From assembly GCA_963711845.1 (NCBI GenBank), contig CAVQFR010000015.1:79015-143014 (forward strand): 64,000 nt of DNA, read 5' to 3'. A model generated the notes under the pieces. The model worked only from the letters and a program-made list of their open reading frames with translations. It made no database searches and had not been told where the DNA came from. This DNA comes from an uncultured delta proteobacterium (GTDB lineage Bacteria > Desulfobacterota > BSN033 > UBA1163). The position numbers and the translations under genes were made by a program. Numbering within the stretch: position 1 is the stretch's first letter; each line of letters starts with the position of its first letter. Shown in pieces: positions 8,327-17,881 of this stretch.

Positions 8327-9505
8327 ATGTTGAAGAAAAATTTAACTCTTATTGGACTGCTGATGGTAACGGTTTTTTTAATCGCAACCCCTGCTTTTGC
8401 CCAGAAGGTTCGCGGGGTGACAGACACTGAAATTCTCGTGGGTCAATGGGGACCCCAAACAGGGCCCGCCGCTCCCTGGGGGGCGGTTGCCAGAGGAAGC
8501 GGCCTCTTCTTTAAAATCCTGAATGAAGAAGGTGGCATTAACGGAAGGAAGTTCAAATATTTCCTCCGCGATGATACTTACCAGCCTGCTAAGACCAAAG
8601 CCATTGCAAAGGAGTTCATGGAACAGATCGGGGTCTTTGCGGTTGTTGGAGGCGTTGGGGCTGGGCCGGGCATGGCGGTAAGGGATGATCTCATGGAGAA
8701 CAAGGTCGTCTGGGTTGGCCCGTCGACAGGAATCTATAATTGGATCCAGCCTCTCCAGAAATACCTTTTTGCTGTCTATCCCCTTTATGATGACGAAGCC
8801 TATAACCTGACCGGCTATCTTTACGAGAAGTTGGGCTTCAAGAAGATCGGTGTGTTCTATCAAAACGACGACTACGGAAAGCAGGGGATCATGGGTGTCG
8901 AGCGGTACCTGAAAGAAAAAAAGATCGATCCCGTGGCCAAGATCTCCGCTGAGGTGACGGATCGGGATCTCAGCACCCATGCTCTGAAGCTCAAAGACGC
9001 TGGAGCGGAGGCGGTGGTGATGTGGTGTATGCCCACCCACGCTGCCCTCATTCTAGGGGAGACGGCGAAAATCGGGTTTAAGCCCCAGTGGGCCACAAGC
9101 AATACGCTTTCCGACTCTCCATTGATGTTGCAGATTACCAAAGGCCTATGGGCCGGGATGATTAATTCCAATTTTGCCGAATTGCCAGACTCCAATCATC
9201 CTCTGATGGTCAAGTACCGAGAATGGCACAAAAAATTGGAGCCCCAGGAGAGATGGGGTGCCTTCTATTACGCAGGGATTATGTTCGCAGAACCCTTTGT
9301 GGAAGGCGTGAGAAGGGCCGGAAAAAACCTGACCACAGAAAGCCTGATTAAAGCCATGGAGACTTTAAAGGATTGGAAGGGGATTGGTCCCCCGATCACC
9401 TACACGGCGAACGAAAGACAAGGAGGGAAACACGTATTTTACGGGAAAGTCCGTCCTGATGGGACCGTTGAGAGACTGACCGACTGGGTTAGAATCACGA
9501 AGTGA
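8327..9505 (+). CDS. ABC transporter substrate-binding protein, LivK/Leu-Ile-Val-binding family (locus A)
   Basis: Start is set at ATG 8327, preceded by AAGGAGG. Sec signal peptide MLKKNLTLIGLLMVTVFLIATPAFAQK. Periplasmic binding protein type I fold signature by eye. The upstream part of the track ORF is a translated REP. Confidence 0.85.
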   Translation: MLKKNLTLIGLLMVTVFLIATPAFAQKVRGVTDTEILVGQWGPQTGPAAPWGAVARGSGLFFKILNEEGGINGRKFKYFLRDDTYQPAKTKAIAKEFMEQIGVFAVVGGVGAGPGMAVRDDLMENKVVWVGPSTGIYNWIQPLQKYLFAVYPLYDDEAYNLTGYLYEKLGFKKIGVFYQNDDYGKQGIMGVERYLKEKKIDPVAKISAEVTDRDLSTHALKLKDAGAEAVVMWCMPTHAALILGETAKIGFKPQWATSNTLSDSPLMLQITKGLWAGMINSNFAELPDSNHPLMVKYREWHKKLEPQERWGAFYYAGIMFAEPFVEGVRRAGKNLTTESLIKAMETLKDWKGIGPPITYTANERQGGKHVFYGKVRPDGTVERLTDWVRITK

Positions 9506-9590
9506 CACAAATTTCGTAGGGGAGCCCCTCGGCGGGCTCCCCGTAATGGGCGCTTGTAGTGGACTTGGACTGCCCTTACTCCGAAAAATA

Positions 9591-10378
9591 ATGGATTCCA
9601 TTCTCAAGATCGAAAACCTGACGATCTCTTTTGGCGGTATTAGGGCGCTGAACAACGTGAGCTTCGAAGTGGAAAAGGGAGCCATCTATTCCATTATCGG
9701 TCCAAACGGAGCAGGCAAGACCACCGTCTTTAACTGCATCAGCGGAATCTACCCACCCGACTCAGGAAGGATTTTCTATAAAGGAGCAGGAGATCACCCG
9801 CCTCAAACCTTACCAGGTCGCCAAGAAGAGGGATCGCCCGAACATTTCAAAACATCGAGCTCTTCTCTCATATGACCACCATGGATAACCTCATGCTGGG
9901 ACGACACCTCCATATGAAGACAGGCGTCTGGAGGGGCGCCACGTTCATCCACAAAGGCTCAAAGGCAGCCCGAGAGGAGATTGAGAATAGAGGCAAGGTA
10001 GAAGAAATCATCGACTTCCTTGAACTACAGGCTTCAAGAAACCAGTTTGTTATCAACCTTCCTTACGGAACTCGGAAACTGGTAGAACTCGGCCGTGCCT
10101 TAGCACTCGACCCGGAACTCATCCTTTTAGATGAGCCTTCGGCTGGAATGAATATGGAAGAGAAAGGAGACTTGATGTTCTCGATCCAGGATATTCGGGA
10201 TGACCTCGGGATCACTGTTCTCCTGGTGGAACATGACATGAACTTGATCATGGACATTTCTGACCGAATTTTAGCCTTGAATTATGGAGAGAAGATCGCG
10301 GAGGGATACCCAGAAGAGATTCAAAGGCATCCGGAAGTCCTCAAGGCTTATCTGGGCGAGGAGGAAACGCTTGCTTAA
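9591..10378 (+). pseudogene. livG: HAAT ABC transporter ATP-binding protein LivG type with two +1 frameshifts (locus A)
   Basis: Starts MDSILKIENLTISFGGIRALNNVSFEVEKGAIYSIIGPNGAGKTT. The frame changes near 9786 (..FYKG / QEITRLKPYQVAKK) and near 9829 (..KK / GIARTFQNIELFSHMTTMDNL), then runs on to 10378. Confidence 0.8.
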
Positions 10379-11138
10379 AGTAAAGAATATCGAAACTCTC
10401 TACGGATTGATCATGGCCATTAGAGGAGTTTCTTTAGAAGTTCAGGAAGGGCAGATCGCCGCCATTCTGGGGGCCAATGGTGCGGGGAAGACGACGATCC
10501 TGAAGACCATCATGGGACTTCTGGAGGACCAACCGGATAAAGGGACCATTGAATTCCTCGGAAAAAGGATTGATGGAAAGGATGCGGAGGAAATCGTTCA
10601 CCTGGGAATCTCTTATGTACCGGAGGGAAGGGAAGTCTTCCCTGAATTGAGCGTCGATGAAAACTTGAGGATGGGGGCCTATATCCGGAAAGACAAGAAA
10701 TCGGTGAAGGAAGATTACAGCCGGGTGATCGGCCATTTTCCTGTCCTCTCCCAGAGGAAGAATCAGTGGGCTGGAACACTGAGCGGCGGGGAGCAACAGA
10801 TGCTTGCGATGGGCAGGGCTCTGATGACCAAGCCGAAACTTCTCATGCTGGATGAGCCGTCCCTCGGATTATCTCCGCTTCTTGTTCAAGAGATTTTTAG
10901 AATCATCAAGACGATCAAAGGAGAAGGGACGACTGTCCTTCTTGTAGAACAAAATGCAAAGATGGCCTTGAAGATCTCAGATTACGGATTTGTGCTGGAG
11001 AACGGAAGGATCGTGGCCGCGAATACACCCGACATCCTTTTGGAAGACGAGGATGTGAAGGAGTTCTACCTGGGGATTCGATCAGAGGAATCGGTAAAGG
11101 GATATCAGAGGTGGAAGAAGAAGAAACGATGGCGGTAA
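10371..11138 (+). CDS. livF: HAAT ABC transporter ATP-binding protein LivF type (locus A)
   Basis: TTG start at 10371 after GAGGAGGAAA, overlapping the livG stop. Begins LKVKNIETLYG.., with GANGAGKTT, LSGGEQQMLAMGRAL and LLMLDEPSLGLSP. Has a basic C-terminal tail, QRWKKKKRWR. Confidence 0.8.
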   Translation: MLKVKNIETLYGLIMAIRGVSLEVQEGQIAAILGANGAGKTTILKTIMGLLEDQPDKGTIEFLGKRIDGKDAEEIVHLGISYVPEGREVFPELSVDENLRMGAYIRKDKKSVKEDYSRVIGHFPVLSQRKNQWAGTLSGGEQQMLAMGRALMTKPKLLMLDEPSLGLSPLLVQEIFRIIKTIKGEGTTVLLVEQNAKMALKISDYGFVLENGRIVAANTPDILLEDEDVKEFYLGIRSEESVKGYQRWKKKKRWR

Positions 11139-11148
11139 GGGGGAGTCC

Positions 11149-11922
11149 ATGAAAGAAACGGCAGTTCGTGGGATCGGAGGTTTGCTCGGTCAGGATAGCA
11201 TTTTGCAGAACCGGAGAACGATCGTCTTCGTGCACGGATCCGGTGGCAGCCACCAAACGTGGATTCCCCAGATGAAATATCTTTCATTGAGATATAACAC
11301 GGTTGCAATAAACCTGCCTGGACACGGCCTCGGCCAGAGAAAAGGTGAAGCGACCATTGAAGGTTATGTCAGCGCCGTTCAGGACTTTATTGTCGGACTC
11401 GATCTTAAACGTGTTGTCCTTGCTGGCCTGTCAATGGGTGGCGCCATTGTGCAGGAGTTTGCCCTGACTTACCCGGAAAGGATTTCTGCAATTATTCTTT
11501 TCAGCACCGGTGCAAAGTTAAAGGTGATGCCTGAGATATTTGAAATCGTTCGAAATAACTTTGAGCTTTACATCAGTTTTCTGCCTCAGTTCGCCTTCGC
11601 GAAGTCGACCCCGCAGGAAGTCATTGAGCCTGCCTTGGGGCACGCAAGAGAGTGCGACCCCGAAGTGGTTCATGGTGACTTTCAAGCTTGTAACAAATTC
11701 GATCTCCTTACGAGAATCAAAGAGATAAGAATCCCATGCCTGATTTTTTCCGGAGCCGAGGATAAACTCGTTTCTCCGAAGTATCAGGACTACCTGCACG
11801 AACAAATCTCGGGCTCAAAACTCATCCGATTTGACGATGCCGGCCATTTATTAAACCTTGAGAAGCCCAAGGAGGTCAATGAGGCTATTGAGGAGTTTGT
11901 CGATTCCTTGCCGAAGGACTGA
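11149..11922 (+). CDS. Alpha/beta-fold hydrolase
   Basis: 257-aa ORF with the HG oxyanion motif (VFVHGSGGSHQTW), a nucleophile elbow GLSMGG, and a C-terminal DAGHLLNLEKP. Confidence 0.8.
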   Translation: MKETAVRGIGGLLGQDSILQNRRTIVFVHGSGGSHQTWIPQMKYLSLRYNTVAINLPGHGLGQRKGEATIEGYVSAVQDFIVGLDLKRVVLAGLSMGGAIVQEFALTYPERISAIILFSTGAKLKVMPEIFEIVRNNFELYISFLPQFAFAKSTPQEVIEPALGHARECDPEVVHGDFQACNKFDLLTRIKEIRIPCLIFSGAEDKLVSPKYQDYLHEQISGSKLIRFDDAGHLLNLEKPKEVNEAIEEFVDSLPKD

Positions 11923-11937
11923 GTCAGAACGGAATTC

Positions 11938-13245
11938 CTACCGAATCCGGAAAAAATCCTCCTGGAACTCGCTTCTCCCTTCGTACCTGGGGAGGTAAAA
12001 GACTTCTGGAATTTTCTGCGCCTGCTCCTTGAAAGTATCCGGCAAGTGGATTCCGAGTTCTGCGTATGCTTTATAGAAATCCTCTTCCCTGGGCGGGCAG
12101 CCTCCTATCTCGACGGAATGATTGATCAGCGGGTTGCGTCCGTTTCTTTTCACCTGGCATTGGCCGACGAGCAGCGTATGTTTGTGCCCACCCTCAGGAT
12201 CGCGAATTTTCCCGGGAAGTATTTCGATATCGTCATAAGGTTCGTCTCCCTTGTTGGCAAGCACGAGCCCGGCCCCGATGTAGTCCGGCAGAAAGGCGGC
12301 ACAGTAAGTGCAAATTGTATTGTCCACTTTTCGCCAGGTGATGCCTTTTACCCCGGCCAAATCTAGCAGCTTCGGCATATCTCCGGCCTTGTTCCAGGCC
12401 CATTCCCACTTATGCACCCTGGAGACTGCCGCCAGAGGAGTGTCGCCCAAGACGTTGACGTCGCTGAGATCGAGAGGGCGCCCCCGATACTCGGCTGTAA
12501 GCACGATATGGGGTATTGTTTGCGGAGGAATACCCAGAATAACGGCTCCAACTTTGTCCGCCGAAATGAGGTCCCTTGAGGCAACGATAATATCGGCACG
12601 CCAGGCATCGCCGGAACAATAAGGCCCTCTTTCGAGTGTGTAGATGCCGTCAATGATGGTGAGAGAGGGTCTGAGCATTTCGCTCAGTTTGACCAGATGG
12701 TAATTCAAATCAGAGCGGGGATCGGGACTGTGACAACGCTTTCTCGAAGCGGTGTCGAGCACACCCTTGAGATTTTTTATGCCGAGGGAAACCATAGCCT
12801 GGCTATGGGTCTTCATCACGGGCATATCAATCACATGGTCTGCATCCAGAATCGCTTTATGGATGGATAGCGTCACATCCTCCGAGGTCACCGTGACAAA
12901 TGGACCCTCGAACACGTCAACGAGATTGACTCCGTATCGTTCGGCAAGGAGGTCAAGGCCCATGCCGGAAACAATCTGGCGAAAAATGCCGTTTGCCGGT
13001 CCTTCCACCAGGGAAATATGTCGCACGGCGTATTCTTTCAGAAGGATAACCATTTCCTCAATCAGCCGCGCCGTAGTCAGGACGCCGTATTTCGGAAAAT
13101 TCGTCCCCTCGGGCCACTCCACGAAATTTGGCTTGATCACTACCTTTGAAGCACCTGAGAAGCCCTGAAGGCCGCCGACCAGATCCACGGCCCCCTTCAG
13201 AGATTGAATCCCGTCTTTGTACTTCGTAACCGCGACGTCATGCAT
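11938..13245 (-). CDS. DUF362-like protein with a Cys-rich C-terminal extension
   Basis: 435-aa ORF. The N-terminal half resembles DUF362 proteins (KVVIKPNFVEW.., MKTHSQAMVSLGIKNLKG). The C-terminal part carries CTYC, GQCQ and GGCPP motifs. The family was assigned from memory, not from a search. Confidence 0.5.
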   Translation of the reverse strand: MHDVAVTKYKDGIQSLKGAVDLVGGLQGFSGASKVVIKPNFVEWPEGTNFPKYGVLTTARLIEEMVILLKEYAVRHISLVEGPANGIFRQIVSGMGLDLLAERYGVNLVDVFEGPFVTVTSEDVTLSIHKAILDADHVIDMPVMKTHSQAMVSLGIKNLKGVLDTASRKRCHSPDPRSDLNYHLVKLSEMLRPSLTIIDGIYTLERGPYCSGDAWRADIIVASRDLISADKVGAVILGIPPQTIPHIVLTAEYRGRPLDLSDVNVLGDTPLAAVSRVHKWEWAWNKAGDMPKLLDLAGVKGITWRKVDNTICTYCAAFLPDYIGAGLVLANKGDEPYDDIEILPGKIRDPEGGHKHTLLVGQCQVKRNGRNPLINHSVEIGGCPPREEDFYKAYAELGIHLPDTFKEQAQKIPEVFYLPRYEGRSEFQEDFFRIR

Positions 13246-13366
13246 TGATCTACCCTGTTACTGTTTCTCCGTCATTGTCCAATCTCCGACGGCTCTCTCT
13301 GGTTGAGGATTTGATGAATTGAAGCATCGATCTTACTGCGACAACAGCGTATCGGTCGCTCTAGGC

Positions 13367-13421
13367 ATTTTAGGCACTCTTGAACTTTAATTTTAGGCAC
13401 TTTAGATCACTTTTGGCACTT
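13367..13421. repeat. Three direct copies of ATTTTAGGCACT (third copy is CTTTTGGCACT) spaced 20-23 nt apart
   Basis: Copies at 13367-13378, 13390-13401 and 13410-13421, in the 187-bp gap between the acyl-CoA synthetase stop and the DUF362 gene start. Confidence 0.7.
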
Positions 13422-13432
13422 TTAACCTATCT

Positions 13433-15244
13433 TTATTCTGCTCCCGATCTGTACATCTTCTCAATAATATCCTTATACGTTTCGTTGATGAATTTTCGTT
13501 TCACCTTCATGGTGGGCGTCACCTCACCATCCTCTTCGTAAAGTCTTTTCGGAATAATCGTAAATTTTTTAAGCTGCTCGACGTTGGCAAGCGTCTTGTT
13601 TACCTTATCGACTTCTTTCTGAATCAGTTGCTTGACCTCTGCCGCCTGGGTGAGGCTTGCATAGGTGCCAAACTGAATTTTGTTATCCTGCGCATATTTG
13701 ATCACATTTTCTTCATCGATCGCGATTAAAGCCACAAGATACTTTTTACGGTCGCCGATCACAATCGCATCATTGATATAGGGGCTGAATTTAAGCTGAT
13801 TCTCAATATTTTGAGGAGCGATATTCTTTCCTCCTGCAGTGATGATCAAATCCTTCTTTCGATCGGTGATTTTTAAAAACCCATCCTCATCCAGCTCCCC
13901 CACGTCTCCCGAGTGGAGCCAGCCGTCTTTAAGCGTCTCTGCCGTGGCTTCGGGATTTTTAAAATAACCCTTGAACACCCCCGGACCCTTCACGAGGATC
14001 TCCCCGTCAGGAGCGATTTTCACTTCCACCCCTGGCAAGGGTTGTCCGACCTTACCGATCTTAAGGTGGCCTTTACGACTGACAGTGGTGACACCCGTGC
14101 CTTCTGTCTGGCCATATCCTTCAATCAGCGGAAGCCCAATCGCATTGAAGAATTTCAGCACATCCGGTGAGATGGGCGCGGCTCCGGAATAGGCGACCCT
14201 GACGCGATCAAAACCCAAGCGCTCCTTGAGCTTCCTGAAAACAGCTCCATAGGCCGCTAAGTAAGCCAGCTTCAAGTAGAGAGGAATCGGTTTAAAATTC
14301 AGTTTCAACCCGGCATATTTCATTCCGATTCCCAAACTGGCCTTGAAGACCATACGCTTAAACCAGGTGGCATCCGACATGCGAATCATAATCCCGGAGG
14401 CGTATTTTTCCCAGATCCGGGGGACACCGCAGGTGACCGTGGGTGAAACCTCTTTCATGTTATCCATGACCGTATCGGGACTCTCAATGAAATTGCAGAC
14501 CGTCCCGAAACGGATGTTGATCATCACGGTGAAGAGCTGCTCAAAGATGTGACAGAGAGGGAGGTAAGAAAGGGTCTCGTCCCCGTCACGAACGGGATTG
14601 GCATTGACCATCGCCTCACTCATATAGAGAAGGTTCTGATGAGTGAGCATGGCCCCTTTGGGAGGGCCTGTCGTGCCAGAAGTGTAGATGAGGACCGCTA
14701 AATCATCGGGCTTCACTTCACTCCGGCGTTGCTCAAAGAGGCCTGGATTTTTTGCATCGAACTCTTTTCCCAGCTTTAACAGGTCATCAAAGCTCATCAA
14801 CATTGGATCCTGATAGCGTTTCAACCCTTCCATCTCGATGACGATGACCTTCTCCAAATGGGGGGTGTCCTTCCTGAATTTCAGGGTCTTATCGAACTGT
14901 TCTTCGTTTTCTGCAATGTAGAATCTCGATCCAGAGTTCTGGACAATGTATCCGCACTGTTCTGCAGCATTGGTTGTATAAACTCCTGCCGTGATTCCTC
15001 CGGCAGACATGATCCCAAAATCAGAATAGACCCATTCCGGCCGGTTCTCACCGATGATAGATACGCATTCCCCTTTTTTGAGTCCGAGGCTGATGAGTCC
15101 CATGGCCACGTGTCTTACCTTCTCTCCGTATTGCTCCCAGGTCACATCGTGCCAGATTCCATAATCTTTGTGGCGCAAGGCCACTCGATGGGGATGCTCT
15201 TGAATGTGCTTTTGAAAATAGGTCAGGAGGGTTTCGTTGCTCAT
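13433..15244 (-). CDS. Long-chain acyl-CoA synthetase (AMP-forming)
   Basis: 603-aa ORF with YTSGTTGPPKGAMLTH, EGYGQTEGTG, GDVGELDEDGFLKITDRKKDLIITAGGKNI, and the long-chain ACSL-type C-terminus. Confidence 0.85.
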   Translation of the reverse strand: MSNETLLTYFQKHIQEHPHRVALRHKDYGIWHDVTWEQYGEKVRHVAMGLISLGLKKGECVSIIGENRPEWVYSDFGIMSAGGITAGVYTTNAAEQCGYIVQNSGSRFYIAENEEQFDKTLKFRKDTPHLEKVIVIEMEGLKRYQDPMLMSFDDLLKLGKEFDAKNPGLFEQRRSEVKPDDLAVLIYTSGTTGPPKGAMLTHQNLLYMSEAMVNANPVRDGDETLSYLPLCHIFEQLFTVMINIRFGTVCNFIESPDTVMDNMKEVSPTVTCGVPRIWEKYASGIMIRMSDATWFKRMVFKASLGIGMKYAGLKLNFKPIPLYLKLAYLAAYGAVFRKLKERLGFDRVRVAYSGAAPISPDVLKFFNAIGLPLIEGYGQTEGTGVTTVSRKGHLKIGKVGQPLPGVEVKIAPDGEILVKGPGVFKGYFKNPEATAETLKDGWLHSGDVGELDEDGFLKITDRKKDLIITAGGKNIAPQNIENQLKFSPYINDAIVIGDRKKYLVALIAIDEENVIKYAQDNKIQFGTYASLTQAAEVKQLIQKEVDKVNKTLANVEQLKKFTIIPKRLYEEDGEVTPTMKVKRKFINETYKDIIEKMYRSGAE

Positions 15245-15300
15245 GGTTTAAGCTCCTGTAATGGAAGATTCTTTTTTCCGATAAGGGCCACCCATCCCCT

Positions 15301-16122
15301 CTATTCTTCCGGGGGCACAGGAGCCTCTAACGGTACGAAGAGCAGGGTCCCCCCGTCGACGACGATCTCGGCGCCGGTGGTATAGCTGGAGGCATCGGAA
15401 GCCAAGTAAATCGCCGCACCGACGATTTCATCGGGTTCGCCGATGCGTCTCATGGGGGTCATTTCCGCCAATTCCTGTTTCCCCTTCTTGAATTCCTCCG
15501 CTGGGAGGTGGGCCCAGTGCGAATCCAACAGTTTCGTGCTGATCGGCCCGGGAGCAATCGTATTCACCCGAATATTGAAGGGGGCCAATTCTAGGGCGAA
15601 AGCGCTGGTGATCATTCGTACGCCGGCTTTGGAGATATCGTAGATGCTGACTCCAGGCTCCGGCTTGATGCCATCGACGGAAGCGATGTTTACAATTCTC
15701 CCGCCGCCTTGCTTCTTCATCACCCTGGCCACCGCCTGACTGGTGAAATAAACCCCTTTCAGGTTCAGGTTCATGATCGTTTCCCAGAGACGTTCGTCGG
15801 AATTCAGGACGGTCGTCGAGGCCGGACCGGTGCCCGCATTATTGACCAGGATGTCGATCCTGCCGAACGCATCCATCACGGTCTTGACCATCCTGTTGAT
15901 CTCTTCCATCTTTCCAAGGTGGGCCTGGACAGGCAATGCCTCGCCTCCGAAAGCCTTTATCTCTGCGGCATTCGCTTCAAGGTCGTTCAGCTTACGGCTG
16001 GTCACCGCAACCTTTGCACCGGCCTTGGCAAACCCCTGTGCGATCGCTTTGCCGATACCGCGGCTTCCACCGGTCACAATCGCTGTTTTACCCTTTAGGG
16101 AGAATTTGGAAAGATCAAACAT
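15301..16122 (-). CDS. SDR family oxidoreductase (FabG-like)
   Basis: 273-aa ORF with TGGSRGIGKAIA, NNAG and YDISKAG (YxxxK). Confidence 0.9.
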   Translation of the reverse strand: MFDLSKFSLKGKTAIVTGGSRGIGKAIAQGFAKAGAKVAVTSRKLNDLEANAAEIKAFGGEALPVQAHLGKMEEINRMVKTVMDAFGRIDILVNNAGTGPASTTVLNSDERLWETIMNLNLKGVYFTSQAVARVMKKQGGGRIVNIASVDGIKPEPGVSIYDISKAGVRMITSAFALELAPFNIRVNTIAPGPISTKLLDSHWAHLPAEEFKKGKQELAEMTPMRRIGEPDEIVGAAIYLASDASSYTTGAEIVVDGGTLLFVPLEAPVPPEE

Positions 16123-16254
16123 GGTTGCACCTCCTTCAATCGAATGGTCGTTCCCTTATCATCTCTTCGTTGAAGTCGAGAACGACTGAGCCAACCTACA
16201 TTGATGTTACAGCCCCATTCCTATCCCCAGATTACTGAGGGGCATGATGGATTA

Positions 16255-16398
16255 GACATATCTCTCTAAAAATCTCCCCTCCCTCGGTGGGAGGGGATGA
16301 AGGGGAGGGGGGTCAAAAAGTCTTCATCTTCTCCACCCCCACCCTCGCCCTCCCCCATCTAAGGGGGAGGGGGGTCATTGGGGAGGCTTGACATATCT
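16255..16398. repeat. GC-rich double-hairpin element flanked by a 9-bp direct repeat GACATATCT
   Basis: Direct repeats at 16255-16263 and 16390-16398. Inside are hairpins CCCCTCCC-tcggt-GGGAGGGG and CCCTCCCCC-atcta-AGGGGGAGG, plus two copies of GGGGAGGGGGGTCA. Confidence 0.5.
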
Positions 16399-16577
16399 TT
16401 TGTTACCTTCCGTACGATTATGGGCTGATTAGTAAATATCGCACGATGCGAAATGTGTCAATGAATAAGTTTTCTCTTTTACTTTTGCTTTGGGCGCGCT
16501 TCCCGGACGAACCGTCTGATCGACGCGATCGCCTGTTTGCCCCTTTTCCTTCATGATGAAGAGAACCTTATTTCCGT

Positions 16578-17721
16578 TTATTTTCTTATTGAATCAGGCC
16601 CCAACAGGATTTCGGCAATCGCATCTTTCTGTTCTTCCTCAGTTCCGAGGTCCACCCCGATCGCCCAGGCATCCCTGAAATAATGTTCAATCGCCTGCTC
16701 CGCCGTATAACCATAGCCCCCAAATATCTGCAAAGCCTCATCCACGACACCCATCAGGCGCCTACCCGCCTCCAGTTGAGCCATCAAAAGAGACCCGGGA
16801 TGCATCCTCCCGTGGTCGAACTCAATGGCCGACTTGTAGGTGAGCCATCGTGCCCCTTCGATGCGGACAGCCATATCGGCCAGTTTATGTCGAATGATCT
16901 GGAATTGTGAAAGCTTTCTTCCGAACTGCTCTCTCTGTTTGGCGTGCTGCATCGCCCGGTCAAAGGCTCCCTGGGCTGTTCCCAGGCCCTGCGCCGCACT
17001 TCTGAGTGCCATCACGTGATGGTGATGATGGACGTGCGCCAGCCCTTGCCCTTCTTCCCCGATGCGGCTTGCAAGAGGGACAGCAAGCCTCCTTGAAAAA
17101 GAGATCGCCAAAAGGGATCATTCTCAAACCCATCTTTTCAATCGGATGAATTTCAATTCCATCCCTTTGTCGCTCTACGATCAATGTGATCCACCCTTCC
17201 TTGGGTTCTTGACATAGGGTGAGGAAGGCATTGACCAAAGGAGCGTTGAGGACAAAACGCTTCTTTCCCCGCAGAGAGTATTCATCCGTTCTCTTCTCTG
17301 CCACGGCTGAAAGGACCGTCAGGTCTCTTCCATCTTCTGACTCGGCAAAAGCAACCCCGAGACGTGCCTCTCCCTTCGTGAGGGGTGTGAGGAATTGTTT
17401 TTTCTGCTCAAGGGAACCAAACTTGAGGAGGATCTCTGAACCCAGATCCACCGTGCTGAGAGCGCTCCCAACTCCTGAGTCCACCCTGCAAAAGGCTTCG
17501 ATCACGAGAAGATTCTCGAAGAGGCCCAGTCCCTGTCCCCCGAACTCCTCTGGATAATGAATGCCGATGAATCCCAATTGAGCGGCCTTCCTCCATAGGG
17601 TATCTGGAAATGTTCCACTCTCATCCAGCTCCAGAACCAAATCGGGATCAAATTCTCCCCTGGCAAATTCCGTTGCCGCCCTCTGCACATCTTTTTGCTC
17701 ACTCGAGAGTTCAAAATCCAT
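16578..17721 (-). pseudogene. Acyl-CoA dehydrogenase with one +1 frameshift
   Basis: The N-terminal part (MDFELSSEQKDVQRAATEFARGEF ... MIPFGDLFFKEA) is in one frame. The C-terminal part (VPLASRIGEEGQGLA...QIFGGYGYTAEQAIEHYFRDA) is in another. The break lies near 17090-17110. Confidence 0.8.
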
Positions 17722-17881
17722 CTCTTCACCCCTAAACAGGCTGTTGAAAAACGCCCATCTGCGGCGTTCCCCGGCCGCCTCACCATCTCGGCGGCGTGGC
17801 AAAAAGTCGCTCCTTATTCGTCGCGACGCCACCCTTCATCCTTCCCCGTGTCAAGCAAGTGGCAGGCTTGTTGCAGCCACC

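Noticed and set aside
9780-9835. Programmed ribosomal frameshifting or transcriptional slippage as the cause of the many frame breaks.
   Set aside because: I found no shared slippery heptamer or long homopolymer at the break sites. The affected gene families are not known to use recoding. Several genes would need two to five consecutive events.
13410-13425. TGGCAC at 13414-13419 as the -24 element of a sigma54 promoter.
   Set aside because: No TTGC-type -12 element follows at the right spacing (the sequence reads TGGCACTTTTAACCT). On this strand there is no downstream gene to drive.
17011-17037. The His5 run as a sign of an expression-vector or His-tag contaminant.
   Set aside because: The run uses mixed CAT/CAC codons and is embedded in-frame within a conserved ACAD alignment block. 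It has no linker, protease site or vector sequence on either side.
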